This document shows, piece by piece, positions 36,175 through 48,766 of a DNA stretch of 64,000 bases. The stretch is from positions 5,517,489 through 5,581,488 of the forward strand of contig CM121342.1 of NCBI GenBank assembly GCA_051530055.1, given 5' to 3'. The notes beneath the pieces are model-generated. The model searched no databases. It had not been told where the DNA came from and worked only from the letters and a program-made list of their open reading frames with translations. Source of the stretch: Neoechinorhynchus agilis. Its lineage: Eukaryota; Animalia; Acanthocephala. How positions within the stretch are numbered: the first letter of the stretch is position 1; each line of letters opens with the position of its first letter. Made by a program: the position numbers and the translations under genes.

Positions 36175-37420
36175 TCACTTAATATCGTTTCTCCTCTTGC
36201 TCACGTGTACGACTCAAAGGTTTCAGCGTAAAAATTGATAACTCATTCAAAAAACACATAACAAGAAAAAAAACGTTGACGAATCATAGAATCAGAAGCG
36301 ATCAATGACGACCATGAGAATCAAAACGATATACAAGATTAGGTAGTGCAATCATTAACAATAAAAAAAACTATTAAATCGTAAAATCGATCGCAACTGG
36401 AGATTAATACGTTTTTCGAATGGCAAAACAAAAACAACGCTTAAAATTCCGCTGTGTATTCTTGAAAATCCTGTCGAGATTGCCCTTTGAGTGGATTTCC
36501 TCAGCAGACTGGGCCAACAAATCCATGCAGTGGATCGGATTATGACTTCCAAAAACGGATAGTAACTAGTATAGAATGTTGCTTTGGTTATTCAGCGACA
36601 GCGTTCGATCCATGGTTTGCCTTTGTTGAATAAAATTTTTTTAACAAAACAAAAATCATCAAATTTCGCGTAATTTTTTACCGGACTAGTTTCGAGGATT
36701 TGTAGACTGCCTGAGCTTCTGTATGGCCGTGGAACGATCCAAAGGTGGTAAGTTTGTATGGTAGTGAGGCGGACTATGCTGATAATAATAATTCTGCTTA
36801 CCTAAAATTATCCAGAAAAAAGAAAGGATTATGTCTAAGGATAGGTCTTTTTTGAGAGGTTAAAATTTAAGAGTTCGTTGATGTTATTTGCACAAACTTG
36901 TACAAGGATTTATTAAAGCAAAAAGAAGATATATTACAGGTCTTCACTTGGTAAACAATTTTTTGCACCCTCGTTGGGTTCATCATCAGAAAGTTCTTTA
37001 CAACTCCAATTTATTGATATCGTACGGAACTAGTGATATCTGACTTAACGGAGCTCAAACATTAAATTGTAGCCTTTCAAAAACAAAAAAATTTATACTT
37101 TTTTTTTGAAAAAATTTTAAAATCAAAAAATAGCATAATAACAAACAAAGATTTAGAATAGAGTAGGCCACTACGGTCGAAGACTAGAAAAATGATGAAA
37201 TTAAAATAATTGGCTAACAGTTCATCGAATTGTCAATAACTATTTTATTGGATTGAATACATGGCGCTCTGCTAAATGATCGTTGTTTTACGAACACTTT
37301 ATCAATAATTCTCAATGGCTATTTGATAAAATCACTCAAAAAAAAGGTAATTAATATCCATGGTAACCAGTAAGCTAAAAAGAGTACGAATAATTCGGAA
37401 ACAAAGGCGATATACAAACG

Positions 37421-40400
37421 ATGATCAATGGCGACCTGGTTTGTTTCTTTTAAAAAATCTTAATTCGCACGGATCTTTTTAATTAGGTAAAGAAGGTTTG
37501 GATAAAGATAGATGGAATCGATATGTTTAGAATGGTGAAAGTAATTGGGTTTGATCGTAGCCTAAAGAAACTTTCGCTTATTGACGACGACGGGCTTTGG
37601 TTTACTTTGAGCGAAGATGAAACGTATCCGGTTAATCCACGAAACCTCATTGGATCGAGCGACCTCATTAGCCTCAGTTACCACAATGAACCAGAAGGTA
37701 AAATTGCACTTTGTTTTATATTGAATTTATGCTTCATATAAAAAAATAGTTGTCTTCAATTTAGAATACCGCTTCAATAGAAAGATGATTTACACTTGGT
37801 GTGGAATTATCTTAATCGCTATCAATCCTTACGACGACGGCCTCAATTGCTATGATGAAAGTCATGTGGATTTGTATAGGTCTTATACTGACTTCTGTCT
37901 TGATCCTCATATATTCTCAGTTGCTCAAGATGCCTTCAGTGCTGTTCAAGAGTGAGTTCTCTTAGGGTTTTTTAAACTCAAATTCCATTTTTGATTAGGC
38001 ATCAAGAAGATCACTCGATCATCATTTCCGGTGAATCAGGAGCCGGCAAAACCGTCTCAGTTAAACACATTCTTACATTTGTGAATCGGGCGATGGGTCG
38101 GAACTTTGGTAACGGTCTAGATTCGAAATTGAGTGCAGCGAATTACTTGTTGGAAGTATGTGACTGGATTCTTAATATCAATACCGTCTTTCGCCTAGGC
38201 TTATGGAAACGCCAAAACCTGCAAAAACACAAATAGCAGCAGATTCGGAAAATATATTGACATTCGAGTAAAACAAAGTGATATTGCGCAAGTAAAAATC
38301 CGCACTTTTCTATTGGAGAAGACTCGTGTTTCAAAGCGAAGTTCAAGTGAATCAAACTTTCATATCTTTTACACGCTGATCAAAAACGATCCGAATCATA
38401 TACTTTGGTCTAATTATACCAACGATTTTGAGGAACGAACCGCTTGCAATCATTTGATCGATCTAAGTGAAATTTTCGAATCCTTTAAGCGCCTTGGTTT
38501 GTATTGATTTCTTTTTCCATCGACACACATCATCCCAAAGTACAAAAAAAGACTATCTTTATGTTTTTACAGGCCAAATTTACACACTTTAAAACTTGGG
38601 CCGTAAAGGCACCATTGATTAATTTGGATAATCTCTTTTATTTAATGTAAGGGAACAATGAACGAAAATGTCACTTTTTTTTGCTATTGATTTCATTTCC
38701 GCGATGCCGAAGTTCTAAGAAAACGTGAATTTTTCATCGTAGCTTCCTTTGGAATTTCTCGCAATAGATATGGGTGTTCCATACACTAATTTATTATAAA
38801 ATCCTTTTTTTTCGGTTGTTTTCGAAAAAAAAGTGCAATTGAATTCGTAACTATATTTAGAAATCAACGACTCAATCGCAAATTCCATTATTTCAATTAC
38901 ACGTTCACTTCTACATATTGGAAACATTAAACCTTCTGAAATAAGCACAATGAGTTTGGCTACCATTGCAGAACTCCTGGAAATTAACGACGAATCCGAG
39001 CTGAAAAGATCAATTCAAGTGCGATCCATTAACGCAGGAAAAGAAACTTTGTACATAAACAGGACTGATAAATCGGTATTGAAAGGCTATATTTTATGCG
39101 ATCCGATGTAATTGTAAATAATTTAAATATTAGATACAATCCACGCGGGACTCACTTGCACAGTATTTGTATATGAAACTCTTCGACAAGATCGTTCGAT
39201 TGATAAATCTATCAATGGAAGGCGTTTCAACCAACAATCTTTGTCCATCGCTTGGAATCCTAGATATCTTCGGGTTAACAGAATTTTATCTCGACTATTC
39301 TAAAAAATTTTTTTGAAGATTTGAGATTTTTGACAACAACGGATTCGAGCAATTATGCATAAATTACGCCAACGAACGGCTTCAGCAATCGTTTTACAAG
39401 GTGAGCTTTGCTATTTATTCGTACATTTAAAATAGTGGTCCATAACAGAGATATTTCCAAACTGAACAAAACGAATACATTCAGCAAGGTCTATGCTTTG
39501 AAGTCGTAGTGTTCAGAGATAACTCAAAGTGCATAAGAGCATTAAACGGTTCGGATGGTCTTTTCAATCTATTAAACGATCACTTAAGTGTAAATTAAAA
39601 AAAACGTAATAGAATGCTTAAACTTTAAAATTAGCTACCTAAATTGAGCACTAACTCACTTTTGGATGCTATATTCACATGGAACTTTACAAAAGCATAC
39701 GGAGACGTTGTATCGAGAGTAAAAGGAAGCCACGATCGATTTGAAGTGGAACATTACAACGGAAAGGTCACTTACGATGTGACTGATTTTTTAAGTAGAA
39801 ACGAAGGATGTGTATGTCCGGATATTTTGTCGGTTATCCGCAAAAGCAAGGTTTTTTTCTCTACGATTTAATAAAACTTCTTAACACGATTTAACACAGA
39901 GCGCAATCGTGCGAGAATTGAGCACAGAATCAGTTAATCGAAGAGTTAAGCAATCAATAGTACAATCGGTAATATTGTTGAGGGCTCTCGATATCGTCAC
40001 ACAAAAACAAATTTAATATCGAGTATTCTCTAATAGTTTAGGCGATCTCTGGATGAATTGATGGACAGGTTGGATAAATCCGTTCCACATTATGTCCGGT
40101 GTATTAAGCCAAACGACGACAAGGCAACTTTTAGGTATTATTCAAAGAGTGCTTTACTGTTTAAATAAACCGAAATCATTTAGTTTTGTAAGATCGCAAG
40201 TAACGAGTCAGTTACGTGCATGTGGAATTATCGATACTCTCAAACTCGCATCGATTGGATATCCGTCAAAGTATGCCATTTCAAAGTATTTTGTTTCGTT
40301 TCACTAGAAATTTTGTCCAACTTTCCCTGCGAGAGAGATTTCGTTTTCACATTTCAAATTACTTCATGGTTCCGATACATTCTTAAAATGAAGAATCGCA

Positions 40401-42694
40401 TTCTTTAAAACGTTTGCCCATTTCAAATTATATGTCAGCAAACATTAAATTCTGTGGAAACATCTACTTTGCACCACAACGGACTTGTTCAAAGCTTCAT
40501 TAAACGCATTTTTCTCTGAACTATGAGATTTAGCGTAATAGAATGCAATTTCACTGGTGCCTTCACTAATTTTCGATTGGCATTTTTATACTGTTGACTT
40601 ATAATCGTTCCCGGCGATAGGTTTTCATACGAAGATTTCAACCATCGGTACGGATTACTTTGCTCTTCGAAGATACGGCGAACCGTTGATGGCCGTGGGA
40701 TATGTGAGCAAATTCTAAAATTGGCCAGTATTGTTAGTTTATCTCGTTTTACAATCTATTATTATTTGTGGACTTTTGAGGTGAGACCTGATTTTCAAAC
40801 GGGAGAGACGAAGCTTTTCCTCAAGCAAGGCGTTGTGGCTCGTCTTGAGAAATGCCGTAAAAGCATTCAAGACAGTGCTGCTCGATTGATTCAAACACGG
40901 TATCGAGGATTTTGTGAGCGTTTGTATTATACGAACCTCAAGCGGTCATGCATCGCATTATCTCGAATATTAAAAGCCACGAATTATCCAAAAGCAATGA
41001 TAGACGCGAAAAGTGATATTGTGTTAACCAATGAAGCAGTAGAAAGTCTTTATGGTAGACGAGAAGTTGCTAAATTGATGATTGTGTACAATCGATCACG
41101 ACAATGTAACGTATCATTTGATGAAATTAGTAAGTCAATAGTATTAATGAAAGTTTTGTCTTACTCTGAATTTTAGACTCTTTTGATGTTACTTCAGAAG
41201 GAGAAACCATGATTCCTAAATCGAGCATGTCATCCATAAGCACTCTCTCATCGTCAAAATGTAGATATATGATCGCAATCGACCTGGACGATATTGATCG
41301 GATCATTCGAGCTCTTATAATAGGTATGGGTTTTTAATCTAAAATTGATCACTTTTGTTGTTGTTAAGAATTAGACCTAAGTCAAATTGAATCGTCTATA
41401 AATGGTGGCGGCCCACGGATTCCAATCACATTCCCAGCCTATGGAATCTTCATGTGTCTAAGATACGCTGACAAACTAGGGAACTACCTCTTATTTAAGA
41501 CGATGATTCAAGAGACCATAGTGACCTTTAGTCGAATGACTGAAGGAAAAGACATAAACTTGCTTTATTTATCTTATTGGCTTTCAGTTATACTTCATTT
41601 GTATAAACTTCTCGATGGAAAAGGGGTAACATGTTCCGAATGCCCGTACATTGATTTCAATCACTTTTCTGTGTAGACAATCAAAGGAAAGCACGCAAAG
41701 ATTCGGCAGTTCAACCTAAATGATATCATCGCCCATTTTCAAAAACTTATTAGATCGTTTCTGGTGTCAACTTATTGTCAACTCGAAGAATTTCTGAATG
41801 AAAAAATAAGTGAGTTCTCAACATTATAGATCGCTATGTCTTTTTTTCTTCATTAGTCCCGTATCTTACAAAGCAATCAAAATCGGTGTCCGGCGTACCA
41901 GCCTCAGCGTTTCAAAGAAACCTTGATAAACTTACAAAGCTCTTCGATTATTTCCAATACACTGGCATGCCCGACGAGCTGATCAGTCATTTTGCAACAA
42001 AGGTGATTTGTTCGATTGACAAAAAAACAAACTCATTTTAGGTGCTCCAACACGTAAACAAAACGGGTCTTAATTTAATCTATAACTGTGAAAAATGGAG
42101 AGAGACTCATGCCGCTCATATTTGCAGGTACTTCATTTGATCATTAACGTAACTTTAAATATCTTCAAGAAAGACTGAATACGCAGAAGCTTGAGTGTAC
42201 TCTTACCGATTCGTCCTTTATTGGCGAACTGGAGGCCAAAGAAATCGTCAAACCATTAGCCGACGCATGCAAGGTTCTTATCAATCTGGACCATATATTG
42301 AGGAAGCGTTCGTTTGGTTCATTTGGAGCAATCTCTTTGACTCCTTCAAAGGTAATAAACGTCTCTTTTTTCGTTCTAAAAGTTTGGATATGCTTCATAC
42401 TCATAGAATGGCGGTTTGGTCCGCTGCAGTTACCTTATTTTTAATTTGACCGTGTTTTTCCTCCTTTTTTAGTTAGACGCATTGTTGTTGAAGTCGAAAC
42501 TTCGACTGAGCGATAAACAAGATGCGAGATTGTTCAAGCTTTGTGAAGATTTATCGATGCTGGAATTATCAAAACATCGACTCACAAGTGAAGATAAAGA
42601 AGCGGATTATCGTATTGCTGAACATTGCAATCTGATGCCGATAAATTCGATTGTTGTTCCAGAACTATTGTTGTATCATCTGCAAATTGTATAA
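37421..42694 (+). CDS. MYO5: Class V-like unconventional myosin with Dilute-type tail and very short neck, many introns
   Basis: [60 protein letters not shown], one IQTRYRG, tail [13 protein letters not shown]...YWLS. Confidence 0.85.
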
Positions 42695-43237
42695 CACTAA
42701 CGATTTGCCACCAAAAAATTATTGGTTTCCGGGTTTTTTGTTGATTACAAATATCAAAATATAGCAAAATTCGCTAATCGATAAACTCGTGGATAAATAG
42801 CAATCTTCTTTATAACCAAGAAACTTTTTAAAAGACGTCGCCAATAATGTCTAAAAATTAGCTTTCAAAAAAACTCGATATAAACTTTCATTGAGCGAAA
42901 TCTTCTTTGAATTTGTCTTATATGGCTTCTAAATTCTTTTTTTAAGACTAGACCGACAGGTTGCCCTTAGCTCGTCGACACGAGGAAAATCTGAGTGAAA
43001 GCTGTCAAGTTAGGGGCAGTCCATTATAAGAATTTTAATGTGGTGTCTAACGTTTGTTTCGTCCACTGAACCTTAGCTCTCCTTGGTAGAAGCAATGCTA
43101 TAAAATTTCAGGAATAATCGATTCAAACGGGTAAGATGACTAACACTAGTTTTTGAATAAAAAATCACGTTTGAACTTCTTTTTTTCTAATCGCTAACGC
43201 GCGAAATGAGCTCCTTTTTGATTACAAGAATATCTCA

Positions 43238-45536
43238 ATGTCCAGTCAGCATTCGGAAATGGAGACAATTCTAAGTAGGATGTCGACGATCAATCTCTTT
43301 GTTACTAAGACAAGTGTATGGCAATCCTTAATGCTTCTGATAAATTCTTCGTTCGGATTTCTTATCCCTCTAACCGCTTTTATCGATCAATATGTTACAA
43401 ACGATAACTACACTTGTAATACTACATTGCGTACTTCTCTTGATTTGATTATCCCTAAGAAAAATGGAGAGTTTGATAAGTGTTTAATTTACGAGAATTT
43501 TACTTCGTTAAATAAACGAACAATCACATGTCCTTCCGGTTATTGGCATGCTTTACCCAATGACCAAACGATTATTGCCACCTTCAACCTACAGTGCAAA
43601 GGAAGTTTCTTACCTCGAATCCCACAAAGCTTGTTTCTTTTTGGTATTGCCGTTGGAGCTATGCTAACCGCAATCTTCGGAGATAGATTTGGAAAGAAGC
43701 CCATTGCACTTATCGGATATTGGTTTAATGTCCTCTGTGGCATTGGATGCAGTCAATCACCCAATATTTACGAGGGGCGAATTTGAAAAGGCTTATCGTC
43801 GCGGTTTCATCTTTAATTCGTTCTCGATGGTTCTTTTAAGTCAAAACGAGGTTTTTTTTCAAATACAATTTATTGAACACACTCACAGCCTCCCGCCAAA
43901 TTCCAGCTTCTCTCCTTTATCGACCGTCGCCATCACGCTGGCAGCATTGCTTCGTTGTACTGCTAGCGAGATATTTTGCCGAAGGAATACGCCTGCTCTT
44001 GAGTCTCCGGTCGTTTCTCTCAATTTCTTCGAGAGATCCTGTAGCAGAGTGCCGAGCGCTCCATACGTCTCTACCCCAAAGGGGACAAAATAGTGAGCCC
44101 TCGACAAGTGAATATATTTCCGTATTTTCCTCCCTTCCGCTGCACTGACGGCGCCACCGGCGATTTCGAGGGAGTAGGGGATGTTGCTGGCTGCGAGGGT
44201 GTCCCAGAGAAGGCATTTGCCCTCCCGCCACGGGAAGACCGAAATTCCATCGGACCCACGGCCGTCTAGTCTACAGAGGTGGGCGGGTTCCAGGATGTTC
44301 GGGAAGTTCGCCGTTCTCAACGCCCGAGAAATTACGTTATTGATCTCAGAATGTCGTGAGAACCTTCCTGCTGACCTTCTGCAGAAACTTTTTTGGTCCC
44401 GTAGCTTTTCAAATTCGGTTCTTTATGTGTACAGTCTATTCCGATTCCTCTCAGGCGTATGCTACGATATGGTCCTCATTCCGTGCTTTGTCCTCGGTGC
44501 AGAAGTGTTCTCAGCCCAATACAGAGGTGTTCCAGGAGTAGTAGCTAATTTTGTATGGAGTCTCGGAATGATGCTACTGAACCTTATTGCTTATTTCGTA
44601 CGACCATGGAGACGTCTTTACATAGCGGCTTATATGCCTCTTCTAATCACGATATCTTACTATTGGTTTATGAATGAAAGTCTATTCTGGCTCGCTGTGA
44701 ACAATGACCATGATCACATTAATCGTATACTCCGACAAGCGTATAAAGTGAACTCTACGAAACCAGAAGAGCAGCTCTTTTACTTGTCTGAGAAAAGTGA
44801 ATCAGACCAAGAGCTGAATTCGTTTGCTCTAACAACAATGATATCCTCAGCCCGAAAAAGCATGAAAGCCATCACATCTTCTCGTCCGTACGCATTTTCC
44901 CTTTTTTTCGGATGTCTCATAATGTCTCTTGGAACGTTCCTATACTGGGGATTCACTTTGTCAGCAGCCATGTTCTCAAACAATCTCTATCTACAACTGT
45001 TCATTACGGCAGCTGTCGAAATTCCTAAAATAGTAGTATGCAGTGTTGCCACAAAATACTTTGGACGAAAAACGCTTCTTCTTAGCAGCCATGTCGTGAT
45101 TGCTGCGATCGCTATAACATTCGGATTCCTCCCAGATAACAAAAGGAACGCTCTCAATTCAATCAATCATATCGCCAAATTCATGGCATCGGTCAATGTC
45201 GATTTCATCTGGATATACGTCCCAGAACTCTTCCCTACCAGATATAGACAATTTGGATTCGGAGTAGCAATGGTGCTCAGTCGGACAATCGCTGCATTCT
45301 GTCCTCTTCTAGAAAATAGCATTCGAACACAACGATTACTCACAATGAACGTTATCGCTACACTCGCGCTCGTAGCCGCTGGTGGCATTATCTTCTTACC
45401 GGAAACAAAGATACACACAATGCTACAATTATCCGACATGAAATCAATGAAGACAAACGCAGATCCATTCTTCAAAGGAATTAAAAACATTATCAATAAA
45501 TTCAAATGGACGGACGGAAATGAAGAAAAAAATTGA
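43238..45536 (+). CDS. SLC22-type organic cation/anion MFS transporter, interrupted by a 653-bp insertion
   Basis: Large first loop, GDRFGKKP, FVLGAEVF, ESLFWL, ELFPTRYRQFG, LPETK. The flanks join as PNIY-VYSLFRFLSG when the insert is removed. Confidence 0.85.
43771..44423. mobile_element. Non-autonomous TIR element (Tc1/mariner-type, TA duplication)
   Basis: TA|CGAGGGGCGAATTTGAAAAG at the left end, CTTTTCAAATTCG GTTCTT|TA at the right; 13-bp perfect inverted core. Confidence 0.65.
43851..44330 (-). mobile_element. 5'-truncated CRE-like retrotransposon with RLE domain, AATAAA and short poly(A)
   Basis: SDGISVFPWREGKCLLWD...RKIRKY...FVPFGVETYG...ISLAVQRSNAASV, stop at 43883, then AATAAA and an A-run on the minus strand. 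Confidence 0.8.
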
Positions 45537-46333
45537 GTGATTCTCGTCAAATTCTTGACTTTTTTCAGTATGTGGCACAAAACCAACCACCACAAAAGGA
45601 AACGCCATGGAGTCCGGAGGGGTGGTCCAGGAAATCCCAGCAGCCCACAAACATACTGAAACGTTACCTCTCAGGAAAAGAATTCTTTTGACTTGACCTA
45701 TTTGTTGACCGTCAAATCTATTTTTTTGCTCAAGAAAACCAGGGTGGGCTTTAAAAAATGTTTCCAATCTCAGGACGAAGATCAGCATCGAAATCCTGCT
45801 GCACTCGGTATCTAGTTTTGGTGGTCGCTTTCTAACGAAAAATCACGTGAGTGTTTTAATCCAAGTAAAATAGCTGGGGCCCCGTTCATAATGCGCTCGA
45901 TATGTCGAAGGTTCAACGGAACTGGTCGCTGGGTTTTACGGATGTGCGAGGCTGCCTAAAAGGGTAGAAATCAGGTTTGAGATCACCCATCGGCCCCAAA
46001 ACGTTCGGTTGGCCCGTTGCCTTCGAGTGCGGCTAAGCGCCTCCGATGTGTGTTAGCCGAAAGGCTCCCAAAAAAGGAATATAGCCGAACGGCTCAAAAG
46101 AAATCTGAAGAACATAACCATGCGTATGTCTGACTGTAAGGATAAATAGCTCAATTGCACTTGTTGACAACGATAAACTCGAATTCCGCTTTTTTTATCT
46201 CGATCTAAAACTGTATGTGATCAATAAAAATGATAATACGGGCTATTTCGACTGCAAAAAATGGAGCATAATCAGTATGATTGCGTATGAACGCTGCTCT
46301 TAGTTGAGAAAAATTCTTTAAATTGACTTTAGA

Positions 46334-47817
46334 TCAATACTCTTTATCTTCGCCATCATCGTCATCTACGGAATCCAGCCCAACTTCCTCATAATCCTTT
46401 TCCAATGCAGCCAAATCTTCTCTTGCCTCTTGAAACTCTCCTTCCTCCATTCCTTCACCGACATACCAATGAACAAATGCCCGTTTTGCATACATTAAAT
46501 CAAACTTATGATCCAATCGAGCCCATGCTTCAGCAATGGCGGTTGTGTTGGACAACATACAAACGGCACGGGGTACTTTAGCCATATCGCTACCGGGCAC
46601 AACAGTCATAGGCTGATAATTGATTCCCACTTTAAACCCCGTCGGACACCAATCCACAAACTGTATAGCTCGTTTGGTCTTAATAGTGGCGATGGCGGCA
46701 TTAACGTCCTTAGGAACCACATCTCCTCGGAAAAGAAGACAGCATGCCATGTACTTGCCATGTCTTGGATCACATTTTACCATTTGATTGGCCGGGTCGA
46801 ACACTGAACTCGTAATTTCGGCTACACTCATTTGTTCATGAAGCGCTTTCTCGGCCGAAATTATGGGAGCGTAGGTCGCTAGAGGAAAATGGATTCTTGG
46901 ATAAGGGACGAGGTTTGTTTGAAATTCAGTGAGATCGACGTTCAATGCGCCGTCAAATCTTAGACTTGCCGTGATTGAACTCACAATCTGGGCTATGAGT
47001 CTATTAAGACTCGTGTAAGAAGGACGTTCAATGTCGAGATTCTTTCTACAGATATCATAGATCGCTTCATTGTCTACCATGAATGCGCAATCCGAATGTT
47101 CAAGGGTCGTATGAGTCGTCAGAATTGAATTGTAGGGTTCAACTACGGCCGTTGCAATTTGGGGTGCTGGATAGACGGCGAATTCGAGTTTTGACTTTTT
47201 TCCGTAGTCATCGCTGAGTTTTTCCATCAAAAGAGCAGTAAATCCTGATCCTGTTCCACCTCCGAATGAATGAAAGATAAGAAATCCCTGAAGGCCGGTG
47301 CACTGATCGGACAATTTTCGAATTTTGTCCAGTGATTCGTCAATGATTTGATGACCGATAGTGTAGTGTCCTCTAGCGTAGTTGTTGGCAGCATCTTCTT
47401 TATCATTGATGAGTTGTTCTGGATGATAGAGCTGTTTGTATGGGCCAACTCTGATTTCGTCTATCAAATGGGCGATGTGAGAGAAAGAGAGAGGGAAAGA
47501 GCAATTAACCGATTACAGTTGGTTCGAGGTCCACGAAAAGTGCTCTCGGGACGTGTTTTCCCGTTCCGGTATGATTAAAGAAAGTATTGAAACTTTCGTC
47601 TTTCAACACCGGCGGACTATTGGTTGCCATGTGTCCATTTTGTCCGATTCCATGCTCAAGGCAATACAACTCCCAGCACGAGTTTCCGATCTGGGCTCCA
47701 GCCTGTCCGATGTGAATACTGATGCACTCCCTCTAAAAAAAGTAATAATAGACCTGATCAAAATACTCTCTTACCAATCGCCTCATACTAACAAATTTCT
47801 CTCCAAGGACTTACCAT
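46334..47817 (-). CDS. TUBA: Alpha-tubulin, 2 introns, ambiguous first exon
   Basis: [39 protein letters not shown]-terminal EY. Confidence 0.98.
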
Positions 47818-48766
47818 ATATGAATACCCCGAGTCTCTTCTGATTTATATGATGACGGTCTCGTTTGCGTGCTGCGTCTGACTTGAATTCAACAAATTTA
47901 GGTCTCCTTGCTTTTCTTTGGCTTCTGACCTGACACTGGTTGATGAAAAGACAACGTTGAGGTGTGATGAATAGTTGGCGTGTCTCTTCTTTTATGTCGA
48001 ACGTGTGAGCACTTGAGTTTGTCTAGTTTTTGTGTCAAGTGTCTTCTCAGTCGAATGAGAGGCGGAAAGGGGTCACAAACCTTTTTTTGTCAATAAAATG
48101 CGTTTATTAAAGAAACGGGTCAAGATTCCAGTCTCTCAAACAGGGGAAAAACACGTCAGGTAACGACAATCGAATGGAGACTTTATGAAAAACTAATTTA
48201 ACTCCAAAATTTTAACCAGATCAACTTAGTATCGAAAATGTGAGTACCCGCGATAACATTTTTTCGATTAAAAAGACGTTCTGCGATTTTCGTCGGGTTT
48301 TTTGTAAAGGTTCGACCTCTAAACACAAGGCTTTCATCGGGCAAACACTCTAATCTCAAAATTACCCGTTTTTACTAACATATTTTAAACACCTCATTGA
48401 CAGCACAAAAAATTAATATGCTTTTGTTTGATAAGAGAAAAACACACCAAACCGAATGACTCTATTAAACGAGAGACTCAAATACCTGGAATTCTACTAT
48501 AAAAAATAAGCTCCTGGAATGATCTATAACGGGTTTTCTCATTAAATTTCCGTTCAACAAAGTAAACTTTTATTTTCGGTTGGTTACTAAAAGATTGTAT
48601 AGCAGCACCACGACGCTGTTAATTACTAGCTCCCGCGTGTTTTAATCGATAAAAATAGGAAATCATTAGCGATTCTTGGTCTGTCAACAATTTCAAATTC
48701 TTTGAAGTTTGTGCTCAATGAAAAAAAATCGAAAGAGATTATATATGGACGCTAAAAAGAAATATA

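Noticed and set aside
36270-36620. Small tail-anchored, SNARE-like peptide on the minus strand
   Set aside because: No clear start codon or first exon, and no recognisable SNARE layer pattern.
7636-45536. TGA reassignment suggested by TGA-GT at DnaJ, UBR3 and SLC22
   Set aside because: GINS2, UBR3, MTA and engrailed end at TGA where expected, and long conserved ORFs contain no in-frame TGA.
45850-45875. GTTTTAATCCAAGTAAAA resembling a nematode SL2 leader plus donor
   Set aside because: The match is short and no Sm-binding site (AU4-6G) follows.
46045-46070. GCCTTTCGGCTAA on the minus strand resembling U2 stem I
   Set aside because: The GTGTAGTA branch-point pairing region is absent.
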